Assembly (NCBI RefSeq): GCF_020745735.1
Contig: NC_083417.1
Coordinates: forward strand, 72,726,001 to 72,790,000
Length of the DNA: 64,000 nucleotides
DNA from: Hemiscyllium ocellatum
Taxonomy: Eukaryota
Direction: 5' to 3'
Every line of letters begins with the position of its first letter. The first letter of the stretch is position 1. The notes beneath the pieces are model-generated. The model was given only the letters and a program-made list of their open reading frames with translations, was not told the origin of the DNA and did not search any database. This document shows positions 12,358-24,589 of the stretch, piece after piece. A program made the position numbers and the translations under genes.

Positions 12358-13421
12358 CTGCAAAACCAAAACTTTTAAAGATGGAACAATGAAATCCATC
12401 AATTAAAATGCCAGACCTGACTTGCTATTGCTGATGTAATGTAGTCAAGCAGGAATAAACACAAAGGTTTCAAATTAGAAATTGTGAAACAAACCTATGT
12501 ATATTGCCCCTAGGATGACCATACACTTAAGCACAGTGTGGGCAGTCATTTTGAACAAAGAAATATCCATTTTTCACCAATATTCAGAAGATCTACGAAT
12601 TTCTCACCTCACCATTCTCAGTTGACCTACTAATCTAGTTGACCTACTCTCAATATGAAAAGATCATGTGATGCTGCACGTTTGCATGTGTAACGAACCT
12701 ATGTTGCTTTTCGTGTGCTTTGAAATATTTGAAACATTATGACCAGGATAATTTATATGTATTTAGAAGAACTATCACGTTGGTCTAACTGGTATATCCG
12801 GTATACCCATTAAATGCATGTGGTCCCAGCAACTAATTAGGGATATGTTCGGGTATTTCAGCATGATCCTGATGTGGAATGACAACAAAAAACATTATGA
12901 AGAAGCTGACTAAAGAAGTACTGTCAAAAAGCATAGTGCAAAAAAAATGCAACTCATGGGAATGCTGGCAATTTGAAATAAAGTCATGAAATGTTGTAAA
13001 GGCAGTATCCATTAAGTAAATTCTTCCTCTGCAGATCCAACTGCAACATAAAATGTGATATGGATTGCCTTCTGTTGAAATAATTGCGAAAACTGTACTT
13101 TGGTCACTTACATATTGCTTGACATTTTATTTATTGAGTGTATATTTATGCTCTTCCCCCACCCCCCTCCACCACTTGGGAATGTGTTATGTATCTACCT
13201 TCTAAGTGATCTTGAATACACTTCTCAATTTGATCAGTTGTTTTGAACATTAGAATACAGCAAGTTGAAAAACAACTGATCAGTTTGGCTCCTTGAACCA
13301 AGACCACAACTCAGTAAGTTTTTGGATACTTTCATTTTGGCTTGACTCCACTTTAGTATAATTCTACTATGCATTGACATCCCTCTCCAACTTCTTATTC
13401 CCTTCACTGTTCAAGATCTAC

Positions 13422-13737
13422 ACTGAAAATGTGTCAGGCAGTATCCAAGGAGCAGGAGAATCGATGTTTTAGGCATGAGCTCTTCTTCAGGAATGAGGAG
13501 AGTGTGCCAAGCAGGCTAAGATAAAAGGTAGGGAGGAGGGACTTGGGGGAAGGCATTGGAAATGCGATAGATGGAAGGAGGTTAAAGTGACGGCAATAGG
13601 CCAGAGTGGGGGTGGGGGCAGAGAGGTCAGGAAGAAGATTGCAGGTTAGGAAGGTGGTGCTGAGTTTGAGGGTTGGGACTGAGACAAGGTGGGGGGAGGG
13701 GAAATGAGGAAACTGGAGAAATCTGAGTTCAGATCTC
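13422..13737 (-). mobile_element. Penelope-like 3' fragment with 12-bp TSD
   Basis: TSD ttcaagatctac at 13410-13421 and 13738-13749. Degenerate hammerhead (GAAA changed to AAAA). Short terminal foldback. Confidence 0.8.
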
Positions 13738-13986
13738 TTCAAGATCTACCTCAGCCACAAATAAACTATTTAATTGCATGACTACTTTAACATTCTAAGG
13801 GACAACATTCCAAAATATAACAATTGCTTGTGAAGATGAAGCCTTACTTTGAAATAATTTTTCTACATTCTAATATTAAACAAAGAACTGCATGATGTTA
13901 GAAATCTGAAATAACAAAGGAATTGCTGGCAAATTTTGCAGATCTGGCAGCGTCTGTGGAGAGAGAACAAAGTTAATGTTCAGAGT

Positions 13987-14564
13987 TGTGAGAAACAAGA
14001 TTCACTCACGAATCAGCCTGAGACAAAGCCTTGGAAACAAGAACAATTTATTACAGCCTTGTAAGTACTGAATGCCTCTGCAATCAAGCAAAAATGCGCG
14101 CGTAACAAAGCATGTAAACTTTCTTTGTTCAGTTTGCAAGTTGCTGAATCACCCCTCCCTTTTCTCATTGATCTAATCTCATCCTATCATAAGCCAGTTA
14201 CCTAACTTGTTTTTCTCTAATTTTCCTTATCTGACTACCCAGCTGTCCTTGTCCTTGTCTGTTACAGACTGTCTGTTATTTTATCCAGTTCCCCTTATCA
14301 TACTGTAAGCTTATTGTGAAATGCCTCAACTGCTTCTTTTGTGGTCATCTACAACACATTAAAGTTATTTCTCAGTTTAAAACTATTTCCTAAACAAAAA
14401 CCTCGATATTCGTTAAAATCTTAGCCTTAAGTATGCTGCAAGAATCCCGCGGCCGTTTGTGTAATGTTCCCCTTCCCTTCCCCCCACAACTCCCCTCACC
14501 CATCTGCAAAAACAACATCTCTAACCATCACCACCTGCAGAAACTACATTTCTAATCTCCCACA
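13987..14564 (-). mobile_element. Solo LTR (ERV1-like) with 4-bp TSD
   Basis: TG...CA termini; GAGT at 13983-13986 and 14565-14568; minus-strand AATAAA; 3' end resembles the ERV LTR end (gtgagtg...ttgtttctcaca). It splits a Penelope-like repeat. Confidence 0.85.
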
Positions 14565-15394
14565 GAGTCCAGTGACCTTTCTTTAAAAGAATGATTTGAG
14601 TCTGGTATGAAACTTGAGTTTGGAAAAAGAGCCATACCAGACTGAAACGTTTATTCAATTTTCTCCCACAGATGTAGAGTTTCTCCAGTGTATTTTGTTT
14701 GGTCCAATATGCAGAATTTTGGCTCGTATGAGAACATCTTTCTGAAATTCAAACAAGTGAACAGTCTTTGAAGTACTCAAGAACAAGTAATATCCATCTT
14801 CATGTACGAATATTAAAACTTTATGACGAAGTAAACTTTACCAACTAAACACAATCTCATCAATGCACGATACAGTTTTAGAAAGAATCCTACATTTTGA
14901 CACTCCATACTTTTGCACTGCAGGTTAATATTCCATTCTCTTTCTATTTCTTCTTGCATCTTCTTGTATACCTGGCCAGTAATGTTTCATGATTCATGTC
15001 AGAGAATAACTATATCCTTTTGTCACATTCTACACTCTGTGGTCAAATAATTTTTTGATTTTCTGGCTTTCTCACTGAAGTGGACAACCTCTCATTTTCC
15101 TTCTTAGTACTCCATCTGCAGAATTTCTGCAGTCACTGAACCCCAACCAGACACTTCGCACATTTTTTCATGCGGTACTCACATTTTGCTTTTCACTAAT
15201 GGTTGTATCGTCAACAAATTTGACTACAATACAATTCAAAGTACATTCAGAAAATCTATAAATCATAATTTTCCCCTTATAAAACTGTGTTTGCTCTGCA
15301 TTATCAAAATGTCATTTTCAAAATGTTGCCTGCTGTTGCTATCCACTATTCTGAAGTCTGGAATTTGAAAACATATAATCAATTCATCTGATTG

Positions 15395-16739
15395 TATGGA
15401 AAATGAAGAGCATGAAAGCATGGTGTGGGATATAGGTAATGTTACTTCTGCAATTATAATTACTGATACAAAGTAAATGAACTCACACCAGTGTGTAATT
15501 GTTTCAGCCAAGAGCTGACTCAACAAGAATGGAAACGATGTGGAGGAAATGCATAATATTTTTTGTATTAGCTAAAATGTATGCAAGAAAGAAATGGGAC
15601 TGCAAAACAATGGTAGATATTACAGGCGACTAGATAAGATGCTGTGAAGAGAGGCAGTTAAGCTAGATACACCTGCACAAACAGTAGGTATAAACATCTA
15701 TTTCCCACTTTTACAGAAACACAGGAACAAACCCCAATTAAAAGGGTCTTAATGATAAGATGCTGTGAGGAAAGGAACAGATGGAGGGAGTAGATAATGG
15801 TAAAGCATGTGCCCAACAATGACCCACAGCAGGATAAGGACAAACGGCCTTGTGAGGCCAGAAATAAGGATTTTGTCATAGACAAGGCCAGATAAGGCAA
15901 GAGATAAACAGGAGTAATGGGTACCGGTCTTCGGGAAGTGGAGGATGTAAACAGGGGAGGAGCAATGAAATAAAAAAAATGAACCAAATTATATAAATAT
16001 CGAGTATTCGTTGATTCGGTGTGTTTTGTCCCTGCCGTGTGGACAGTGGACATCACACCCACTTGCAAGTGTGAAATAAATGACACTACTGATTCAGATC
16101 TTGTCTCGGACTGAAATTATTGAAGTGAGTGAGCTTTGTTTCTCACGATAGGAAGGGTTAAAGCATGAAGATCTGTTGCAAAGGGTCTGTGGAATGCTAC
16201 ACTTGTCAAAAGGTCACTGTGGCAGGATTCAGCCTGGCCTGCTAAATATCATGATGGCAGGTTTGGAATAGATTGTAATAATAAGTATTTGGGACATGAC
16301 ATTAAATAACTCATTAATAGTTCGAAGAGTCAGCCTGCTTGAGACCCTTGACAGTCAAATAATCATGACATTAGGAAAATATTAAGTAGGGTCTGGGGTG
16401 AAAGACCATTGTGCAGAGTTGACAATAAAATGTCTAATCATGACATCATTAAAGAGAATGTAGGAAAAACTACTGTGGCACAACTAAAGAAATAATGGAA
16501 ACTAACATCACTGGTGTATTGTGTAGCAAGAGTGAGGTACTTTTGATTAACATAGATGGACATACTTATAAGCTAACAAAAACATGATAAAAAGATATTT
16601 AAAAAACACAGACCCTGAGGTTCATGGACATTCAATAATCTGCTTTCTGAGTGTCATTTTATTTGTTTGCAAATAAAAGACCTACTTCTTGATGAACTCT
16701 CTGCGTCTCCTGGTGATGCTCAACATTGTCTCCACAACA
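15395..16739 (+). mobile_element. Solo LTR family 2, interrupted by a family-1 solo LTR
   Basis: ATTG TSD (15391-15394 and 16740-16743); similar along its length to 55427-56121; ends ctccacaaca; AATAAA at ~16672. Confidence 0.85.
15424..16147 (+). mobile_element. Solo LTR of the same family as the 17.9-21.8 kb ERV
   Basis: Begins TGTGGGA and ends TTTCTCAC(G); TSD ATGG/ATAG; TATA-like atataaat ~15991; AATAAA 16075-16080; matches 17895-18069 and 21430-21767. Confidence 0.88.
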
Positions 16740-17164
16740 ATTGCAATTTGAACTTAATTATATCACTGCACTACTGAAAACAGAGAAGTAAGTTTGATTC
16801 TGCTGCTCCATGAGAACAATTGATTTCCACACAATCAACGTGATGAACGCAATGCATACTATTTTCATAAGTTGCAAGTATTTATTTGCATATTTTATGA
16901 TTTTTTTTGTTGCCACAATTAAAGTCTAGCTACAGAGAATGCAAAATGTGCAATTGAAGTACAGGAAAGTCAAGAACACTGAAGATATTGGAAACATATA
17001 GCTTTAAGTGACTAACAACTTAAAAAGTGAGAATCAGAAATAACGTGCGTGTGTGTACTGAGTGGGAGACATGGTGTCTGGATTATTTGCTGTAATTATG
17101 CTGGAATCAGACAGACAGGAGTCTGGAAGAACGCAACACGCCAGGCAGCATCAGGTGGTGCAGA

Positions 17165-17200
17165 CGTGGACGTTTCAGGTGTTACCCTTCTTCAGGACTG
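17165..17200 (-). ncRNA. Minimal type I hammerhead ribozyme motif (Penelope-associated)
   Basis: agtc-CTGAAGA-agggtaacacct-GAAACGTC: intact core, stem II and GUC triplet; first stem I pair mismatched. Confidence 0.6.
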
Positions 17201-17700
17201 TAATGTCAGTCCAGCGATATTGTTGTTTTGGGGAGGGGTTAGTGCAAAAGTATTCGAAGTCTTTCGTGAACACTAAAAGGCAGAAAAAAAAATAGGCATT
17301 CTTAAGCAAAAAGACTGGTTAAGGATAGTTCAGGGTGCATTATTCATCAGGGAGATGGCGCGATTATGAGTCTCTGGTTTCAGTTTGTCTTTATTGTGTA
17401 AGTGGTGTTTGGAGCTGGATTGTGATGATGCAGAAAATTGGCACCAGGTAGCACATGTGCTGCTGTTAGCAGACGCCGGACATTTAGGGGTCAGGAAGAA
17501 ACATTGGCTCTATTCTGTGGAAAGTTTTGAAACCAAGCCCGGCAGCAGCTATTGTTTATTACAGCTGCAGTTGAACATAAGGGAATTTAGACAAATTGAG
17601 GGAAGGCTCATTGAAGATATCTATTTAACAAAAACTGCGATTGTTCCAATACTTAGATGCATGCAAGCAATTTCAGGAACTCTGGAGGACTCGATCTCAG

Positions 17701-17790
17701 GATTCCTGATGAAGGGCTCTGCCCGAAACGTTGATTCTTCTACTCTTCGGATGCTGCCTGACCTGCTGTGCTTTTCCAGCACCACACTCT
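17701..17790 (+). ncRNA. Minimal hammerhead motif in a Penelope-like fragment
   Basis: attc-CTGATGA-a-GGGC-tct-GCCC-GAAACGTT-ga; predicted cleavage after 17732. Confidence 0.65.
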
Positions 17791-18071
17791 CGACTTAGGA
17801 GCGGAGAGTGTGAACAGCGACAATACAAATAATGGTAAGGCAGTCCGAGTCAAAGAAACATTGAGGATATCCCAATCCTTGAAATTTGGAAGCGATCAAT
17901 ATCGTTTATTCCTTGAATTCAGAGTGTGTTTTATCCCTGCCTTGTGGACAGTGTGAAACAGTGTGGACAGTGACTTGCACCCACTTGCAAGTGTGAAATA
18001 AATGACACTACTGATTCAGATCTTGTCTTGGAGTGAAATTATTGAAGTGAGTGAGCTTTGTTTCTCACAGT

Positions 18072-18088
18072 TGGGGGCTGTCTGGGAT
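18072..18088 (+). promoter_or_regulatory. Primer binding site, tRNA-Pro
   Basis: TGGGGGCTGTCTGGGAT lies 2 nt after the LTR end; canonical Pro PBS is TGGGGGCTCGTCCGGGAT. Confidence 0.85.
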
Positions 18089-18382
18089 GTTCTTCCATCG
18101 CCGGGGAGAGTGGCTGACCCTGGACACTGGGAAGATGCGTCCCGTTCCCAATTGAGGAGCGGTCTCATGTCCCGGTTTGGTCCGCTACCTTGGGCGACTG
18201 GTATGAATCCCACAAGAGAGACATCTGAATCAGACAGTGACAGGAGGTTGATAGAAAATACGGCAAAAAGGGGCCAGGCAACTCTGTGCACAGACCAGGG
18301 TAAGAAAATTGACTTTTAAGTACTACCTTGGTGGCCAGGATTGAGTTTTAGTAGTTAATAAGGGACTAAGTACGAACTCAAT

Positions 18383-18805
18383 ATGGGTTGTGCTGTGGAT
18401 AAGGAAAAAATCTCCAGGAAAACAAAAGAAGAAAATGTCAATGGAAATGGAGGCGGGGTCCCTTACAACATACCTCCAGAAAGTCAGTTGGGCAGGATGT
18501 TGTGGAATTGGAAAAATAATACTTGTACAAGGGTAAAAGATAAAAAGAAAATGATTAAATATTGTTGCTTTGTATGGACTAAGGAATCCATTCTTCATCA
18601 CGCCATCTTCTGGCCAAAGTCCGGGTCGGACAAAGACTGGGTTTGTAAATATTTGAATTTATATGTCAATGAAAAACAGCCTTACAGTCAGGAGGAATCA
18701 GATTATGCTTCGGAAGGGCTAGTGGCTGAAGGGCTACTGAGGGTACACTTTGTAACTAAATCATGCCCAGACATCCAGAAAAATATTCAAAAGATAGAGG
18801 GCTGA
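18383..18805 (+). pseudogene. gag: ERV Gag N-terminal (matrix-like) ORF, truncated
   Basis: MG start (myristoylation-type); PPESQLGRMLWNW...KKKMIKYCCFVW...WPKSGSDKDWVC. Downstream CYYCERMDHFTECP knuckle at 19882-19923 is one residue short. Confidence 0.8.
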
Positions 18806-20579
18806 AGCAAGGAGCACCTAGAGGTGTTGTTGCGAGAATCTCAGAAAGTGTGTGAGATATGGTGTGTGTGAGAGAGAAAGAACGAAAAGAGCTGTATAGC
18901 TGGTAGAAAGTTTAACCCTTTGCGATTTGGTTTGAATGCACATTTGTTTGTTGGTGATTGAATGTTTGCATTTTATTCCCTGGAGCTTGAGTTCCAGGAC
19001 TGTTTTGAATCTGATTTTTATTATGGAAACTTAACATGATTTCTTTAAAGGTTAAGAACTCTATAGTGATTATGAAAAAAAAATAACTCCTGTTCTTTTT
19101 ACAGGTCATGACTGCCTTACTATCAGTTTCTAACTAATCTCTTTTATCCTTACATAAAAATGATTAATGGAAGACAGTTGAAGTTTCCGTTCAACATTAG
19201 ATTGTAGTAAAATCAAAATCCTATGGTTAATATCTGTGACCTTGGATTCGGCCATTGTTCATGCATTAGAAGTTTTTTTTAACTTGAATAGACAAATTCT
19301 TTTAAGGCAGCTCTGATTATTTCACGACCTATAGTATTGTAATTGAGCAATGATTGGTCAGGGCTACTTAAGAAAATTAATTTTGGATTTAAATTAAGAG
19401 ACTAAAACTGGATAATTATAGTGGATTTCAAAGTTGGGAACTGTACGCATTTTACATTTTAAATATTAAATACTGAATAAATGAATGTAAATATATAAAT
19501 ATATTTACAAGTTAGGAACAGGCTTAAATAAGTTAGTCAAGCATGAATTGATGAATTGGTATTTGAAATTATGGGGAGCAAGAAATATTGCAATATTTCT
19601 TAAAAAAAATTCTCAAGGTCTAAATAAAACATTGGGTGATGAAGAACAGCCATTGGGTGGCCCTAAGGCTGTTAGTTGGTTAAATCGGGTCAGCAATTGA
19701 TCTGGCAACATAACATGAGAAATGGAAACAAAAGACAAAAATAATGAAAGCCCACGATTGATGAGATAATAAAGAAAAGGACAAACTAAAAGGAGAAAGA
19801 AACCGGAATGGTCAGGGAGGAGATGTTAAGGGGTCTGGTGGACAGGAACAAGGATCGAAGTGGAAATCCCCACAGGCGGGATGTTATTACTGTGAAAGGA
19901 TGGATCACTTTACAGAGTGTCCAGATTTGAAAAAGGAAGTAAAGACAGTACCGTTTATGAATCCTGATGAAAATAGGGGTGTCAGGAGTTCCTGCCCCCG
20001 GGGACCCACCAGAATCCTTGATAAATTTAAAGGTGGGACTTTATAAAGAGGACGCAGTTTTCCTAATCGAGCTGGGGGCAGCAAAGTCATCCTTAAAATT
20101 TAAGCCCAAGGCAGTGGGAATGAAAGAGTTAATTGGATTACGGTGACAGTTTTGTGATGAGAATCAGTTTTGCGCTCATGACAAAATACTGCCACCAAAT
20201 TGGGACTGAAGTAACTGCAAATGGTGCTATGAAATCTGTTGAGCTTCTTAAAAATGAATGTGCTGGAGCAAAACAATTACAGAAACAGAATGAGAAAGCA
20301 CAAGTGACTGGTAAACAAATAGAACTGCGCAATTACAGTTTTAAAAATGTTTTGGTCATTTGTTGCGTTTCCATCCTAAATTACAGATAATGATTTTTAT
20401 ATTTATATAATATATAATTAATAATTAATATTTACAATAAATCGATTGTGTTAGCCTGAATCAATATTAATTGGCAGGATCCCTTCATGCATTCTCAGTG
20501 ACCTGTCATATTGATTCATGGTCAATTTAAAACATGACTGTATTAATTCATTGTTAATTAAAGAATGAAAAGCTACATT

Positions 20580-21042
20580 ACTGGCTGATGAGATAACGAA
20601 AGAAGCAGCCCTGAATCCACAGGAAGCGGTGGTTTATTCCCTAATACCTGCTGTCCCAGGTCCTTGGGAAGCTTCTATCTCTGGCCACTGCCAATCCCAA
20701 AAACTAAAGATTTGTTCTTAAAGAAGTATATTCTGGGCTTGTCCTCCTCTTTGTCTTTCCTCAGGAAACAGAGTTTATTGGCAAAGACTCTGCCCCGCTG
20801 TTCATCCCATCCAGCTGGAAGATTGGGTCTTAGTAAAATCATGGACAGAGACTAAATTGCAACTGGACTGGGAAGGGCCGTACCAGGTTCTTTTGACCCC
20901 TGAAACAGTGATAAGAATGGCAGAAAAAGGCTGGACTCACTACACTCGGATCAAAGAGCCAGTGGACTCTCCAGTTGAGGAAGACGTCTGGACAGCCGAA
21001 TCAACGCAAGACCCGGTGAAACTCAGACTAAAGAGACTTTGA
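20580..21042 (+). pseudogene. pol: ERV pol remnant (RNase H end joined to integrase C-terminus)
   Basis: LADEITKEAAL, then DWVLVKSW...DWEGPYQVLLTPETVIRMAEKGWTHYTRIK (GPY/F module). RT and integrase core absent. Confidence 0.85.
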
Positions 21043-21108
21043 GTAACTGATTATACAGTGGTGACGCGAGCGCGGGATTATTTCTGTAGGATTGTATATT
21101 AAGTCTTT

Positions 21109-21534
21109 TTGTGCTTCAGCATGATTTTTAGAATACTGAGAAAGCTTAGAGTTATGATTCTAGTCCTCTTAGTATTGGGATTTTGTCAAATATCATTTTC
21201 ATATATATTATTAACGGTTCCTGAGTCTGATAATCTACAAGTAATAGACACTGATGCATGCACCTTACTAAATTGTGGGGATGTAGATAATCAGAGACAG
21301 TACCACAGCTATGAGATACATCTTATGTCCTTTGGGGATGGTACTTGGTATAACGGTCTCGTCACAGTACACCGGACCCCCTTCCGACCACCTCGCGATT
21401 GTCCCGATAAAAAGTGTAACCCAATATACCTAACAATGAGTCACAGTGGGATGTGGTCAAACAGCCTTGAGAGGTCAGAAATAAGCATTTTGTCACAGAC
21501 AAGGCCGGATAAGGCAAGAGATAAACAGGAGTAA
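21109..21534 (+). pseudogene. env: ERV env SU N-terminal fragment reading into the 3' LTR
   Basis: Hydrophobic signal MILVLLVLGFCQISFS, DACTLLNCGD and CNPIYLT; follows pol. The last ~34 codons are LTR-derived. Confidence 0.7.
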
Positions 21535-22079
21535 TGGGTACCGGTCTTAGAGAAGTGGAAGATATAAACAGGGTGGAGCAATGGGATTAAAAAAAAAGGA
21601 ACCAAATTACATAAATATCGTGTATTCGTTGAATTCAGGGTGTGTTTGTCCCTGCCTTGTGGACAGTGGACATCGCACCCACTTGCAAGTGTGAAAAAAA
21701 TGACACTACTGATTCAGATCTTGTCTCGGACTGAAATTATTGAAGTGAGTGTGCTTTGTTTCTCACAGAAGCCTTTGCAAAATAGATTGGTGTTAGGTCA
21801 GATTGGATGATACATGAAGTTATTAACATCTGAGTGAAGTCAGTGTTCAATGCAGTGGCATTTGAATATGCAGTCTGTGTGATATTTTACCATATTTTGT
21901 CTTTGTTTATTACCTTATGATCTTAAATGTTAACGTCTAAGCTACTTTGACTTAAAGTGTTTTATATTTTAAACTCATTAGTTAAATATGCAGTATACAA
22001 ATTTTGTCATGATGTTTGCTTGTGCAAGTTTGTTTTTGTAAAATCAACCCTGGAATGTTGACGCCTATTTTCTTATTCA

Positions 22080-22160
22080 GGATTAGTGGTGCTGGCAGAG
22101 CACAGCAGTTCAGGCAGCATCCAAGGAGCAGTGAAATCGATGTTTCGGGCAAAAGCCCTT
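22080..22160 (-). mobile_element. Penelope-like fragment, hammerhead truncated before CUGAUGA
   Basis: Near-identical to 7311-7390; ends at aaagccctt. Confidence 0.7.
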
Positions 22161-24589
22161 GGTGCCACCACGTGTACTATTTATTGAAAGATTATGGTCT
22201 ATCAAGCAAGATCATAACAAAGATTCTGCTGACTGTGATACATTGAAACACATGATACACATAACACGTGATACATTGTGATACATCAATGTATATATTT
22301 CAGCAAAGTAAAACCACATTGTTTTGATGAAAAATGGGTAATATTAAAGAATTGAGTGATTTGTTCCAATATGAAGGAATTGGGTTCATATTGACATTTT
22401 CAACAGGTCAACTTTATGAACATTGCAGTTAAATTACAACTTACAATGCAAATGAATAGCAGTTGACACATTTCTATTAAAACAGTATGTCTTTTAAAGG
22501 ATCGGCTGCATAATCAGAGTAAAAATCCATGCTACTGTGTTTGGCAACATGAGAAGTCTGCACTTCTGTATAGTTGGCCACATCAGGTGTCTTCCTTTTC
22601 ATTGTAGTTAGTCTCTGCTCTTAGTCTTTGGGGTTTCCCTGGTAGCTGAGCATGTTTGGATATCTTATCCTTTAACTGTTTTCTTGGATCCAAACAATTC
22701 TCGTGCTGCATATGTCAGATTGCAATATACCTTGGTATGTTTTATCTATAACACAAGTGTTGGGAAATATAACAAGCACTTGGACATGTTCATATTGCTT
22801 ATCAGTAAAATAAATAAACAAGATTCAGAAAGCTAACATATGGAATGAGTTAAATGACACCACACAAATAATCTACTTTTCCTGTTACCATTATTTGCAT
22901 TTTCAACTTATGTTTTTTCCTCAGCATACCTCAGTCAACTCCTCTTGATTATTGGATTCTGACCATTTTCTTTGATGGTGTTAAGATTGATGATGCATAA
23001 CATACCATTTCATTTTCTGCCCTCTGCATTAATCACAAAATAGTGTCTGTTATTTAGTTTACTTGTTTTTTACACTGCTTTTAACAGCATGTACATCAAA
23101 CTGAACAAACTCTATAATATCACACCGAGATATGGAAAGTTAAATGTAAACTTTAAGACTTATTTTCTCCCTGAATGCATATTTAATCATATATTATTTG
23201 GACACTATATATCAAAATATTCATTATGAATATGATCCATGGTTGGACTCAAAAGTATGGCTGTCATGCATGAGGTTGGCATGAGGTAACAAAGCATGCA
23301 TTTATTTCACACACTTAACAATAAAATCAGTGAAGGCAATTCACAGAATCAAGATATGAAACTGAGCATAAGGCAATACAGAGACCAATGTGAGAAAACA
23401 AGGTACAAAACATTGGTTCCAGGACCATCATAGAATTCAAAAAGAATTGGAAAAACAGAGAGTTTTGAACAAGGAGTTCTAGAGCATAAATCTCCTTGTG
23501 TCTGACAAATATCCATCAATGATGGGGCGATTAAAATCTGAACTGTTTAACAGAGTGTTTCAAAAGCTGGAAATGAAACCAAAGCTGACAGTGACAAAGG
23601 CATAGAGTTAAGTAAAAATGACAGTGAAAAGTTTAAAACCAAATTATTGCTTAATTCAGAGTGAATGTGAGATGAGGGGAAGGTGCAGTTTTCAGAGTAG
23701 TGAGGGCTCAATGAAATTTCAGAAAGATAAGGCTAATTATGGCGGAGCTTTAGGTGACCTCACAGAGGCTGCACTAAGGATGTCTGAAAATAGTTGTGGC
23801 AAAAGGGCATTGAAGGAACCGAAATGTGGGTGAGAGCTTTAGCAGCAGATGAGCTCCGAAAATAAAGCTGGGACATCATCATAGGCACAAATATGGCACC
23901 AACTTTAATGACAGTCTTATCCAGCTCTTATTCACTGCTGAGACAAATGCCTGACTGAAGACCTTTAACTTTGGAGTTCTGGGAAAAAAAATTCATGAGC
24001 GCAATCACTGAACAATACCTGAAAAATTAAAATATTTCTTCCCCAGTACATGTATGTGCAGGGTTTGAATATTAGCTGCTACAATTTTGTTACTGACCGT
24101 ATCAAAATACTTTTTTTGCATCCCATTTGATGCGAAAAGTTGCAATGATATATGAAAAATGTAGTAAGTTCCTGTTTGAGAAACATGGATTTTTGAATAT
24201 CTCGTTGAGGTCTGAAGTAAGTATTTATATTATAAATTTCCAAATGGTTAATTTTTCCCCTGAAGGACTGAAGTAGAGTATTTCAGCCTTGGGTATAAAT
24301 GTATCTATCAATGCAAGTCATATTGAACATCATAACTATTGTTACATTTTAATTAACAGAACACAGCAGGTTGACAACGTGACCTATCAAATCTTCATGG
24401 TGTGATGCTTGATCTGTGAAATTCTCTATTCCTATAATATCTGGAATTAAGTAGTTGCCACTTGTTATATTTTGAAGTGATTCTCCATGATTCCACAACC
24501 GTTTCAGACATGTTTAATGCACCATATATCATAGTGTTCAATAATACAATCAATAAATTGTTTTTTTTTCCATTGCTCAATGAAGTGAG

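Larger units (their letters stand above)
17895..21767 (+). mobile_element. Internally deleted class I (gamma/epsilon-like) endogenous retrovirus
   Basis: Partial 5' LTR (17895-18069), PBS, gag MA ORF, zinc knuckle, protease remnant, RNase H end, integrase C-terminus, env N-terminus and partial 3' LTR (21430-21767), all in retroviral order. Confidence 0.92.

Noticed and set aside
12410-12470. Possible leader for the 12-kb V (LKPLCLFLLDY...)
   Set aside because: No ATG; the donor is phase 0 in that frame, and the phase-1 frame has a stop.
14716-14790. SYENI tyrosine motif after an AG
   Set aside because: Isolated motif that cannot be linked to any exon chain.
20155-20220. C/D-box snoRNA-like TGATGA...CTGA
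   Set aside because: Terminal stem does not fit k-turn geometry; no convincing C'/D' boxes.
22240-22290. Short tgatacat repeats
   Set aside because: Degenerate low-complexity tandem repeat with no spacers; not CRISPR-like.
22925-23050. TM-like stretch after a good acceptor (PLDYWILTIFFDGVK)
   Set aside because: Stops in all frames and several charged residues; no adjacent plus-strand Ig exon.
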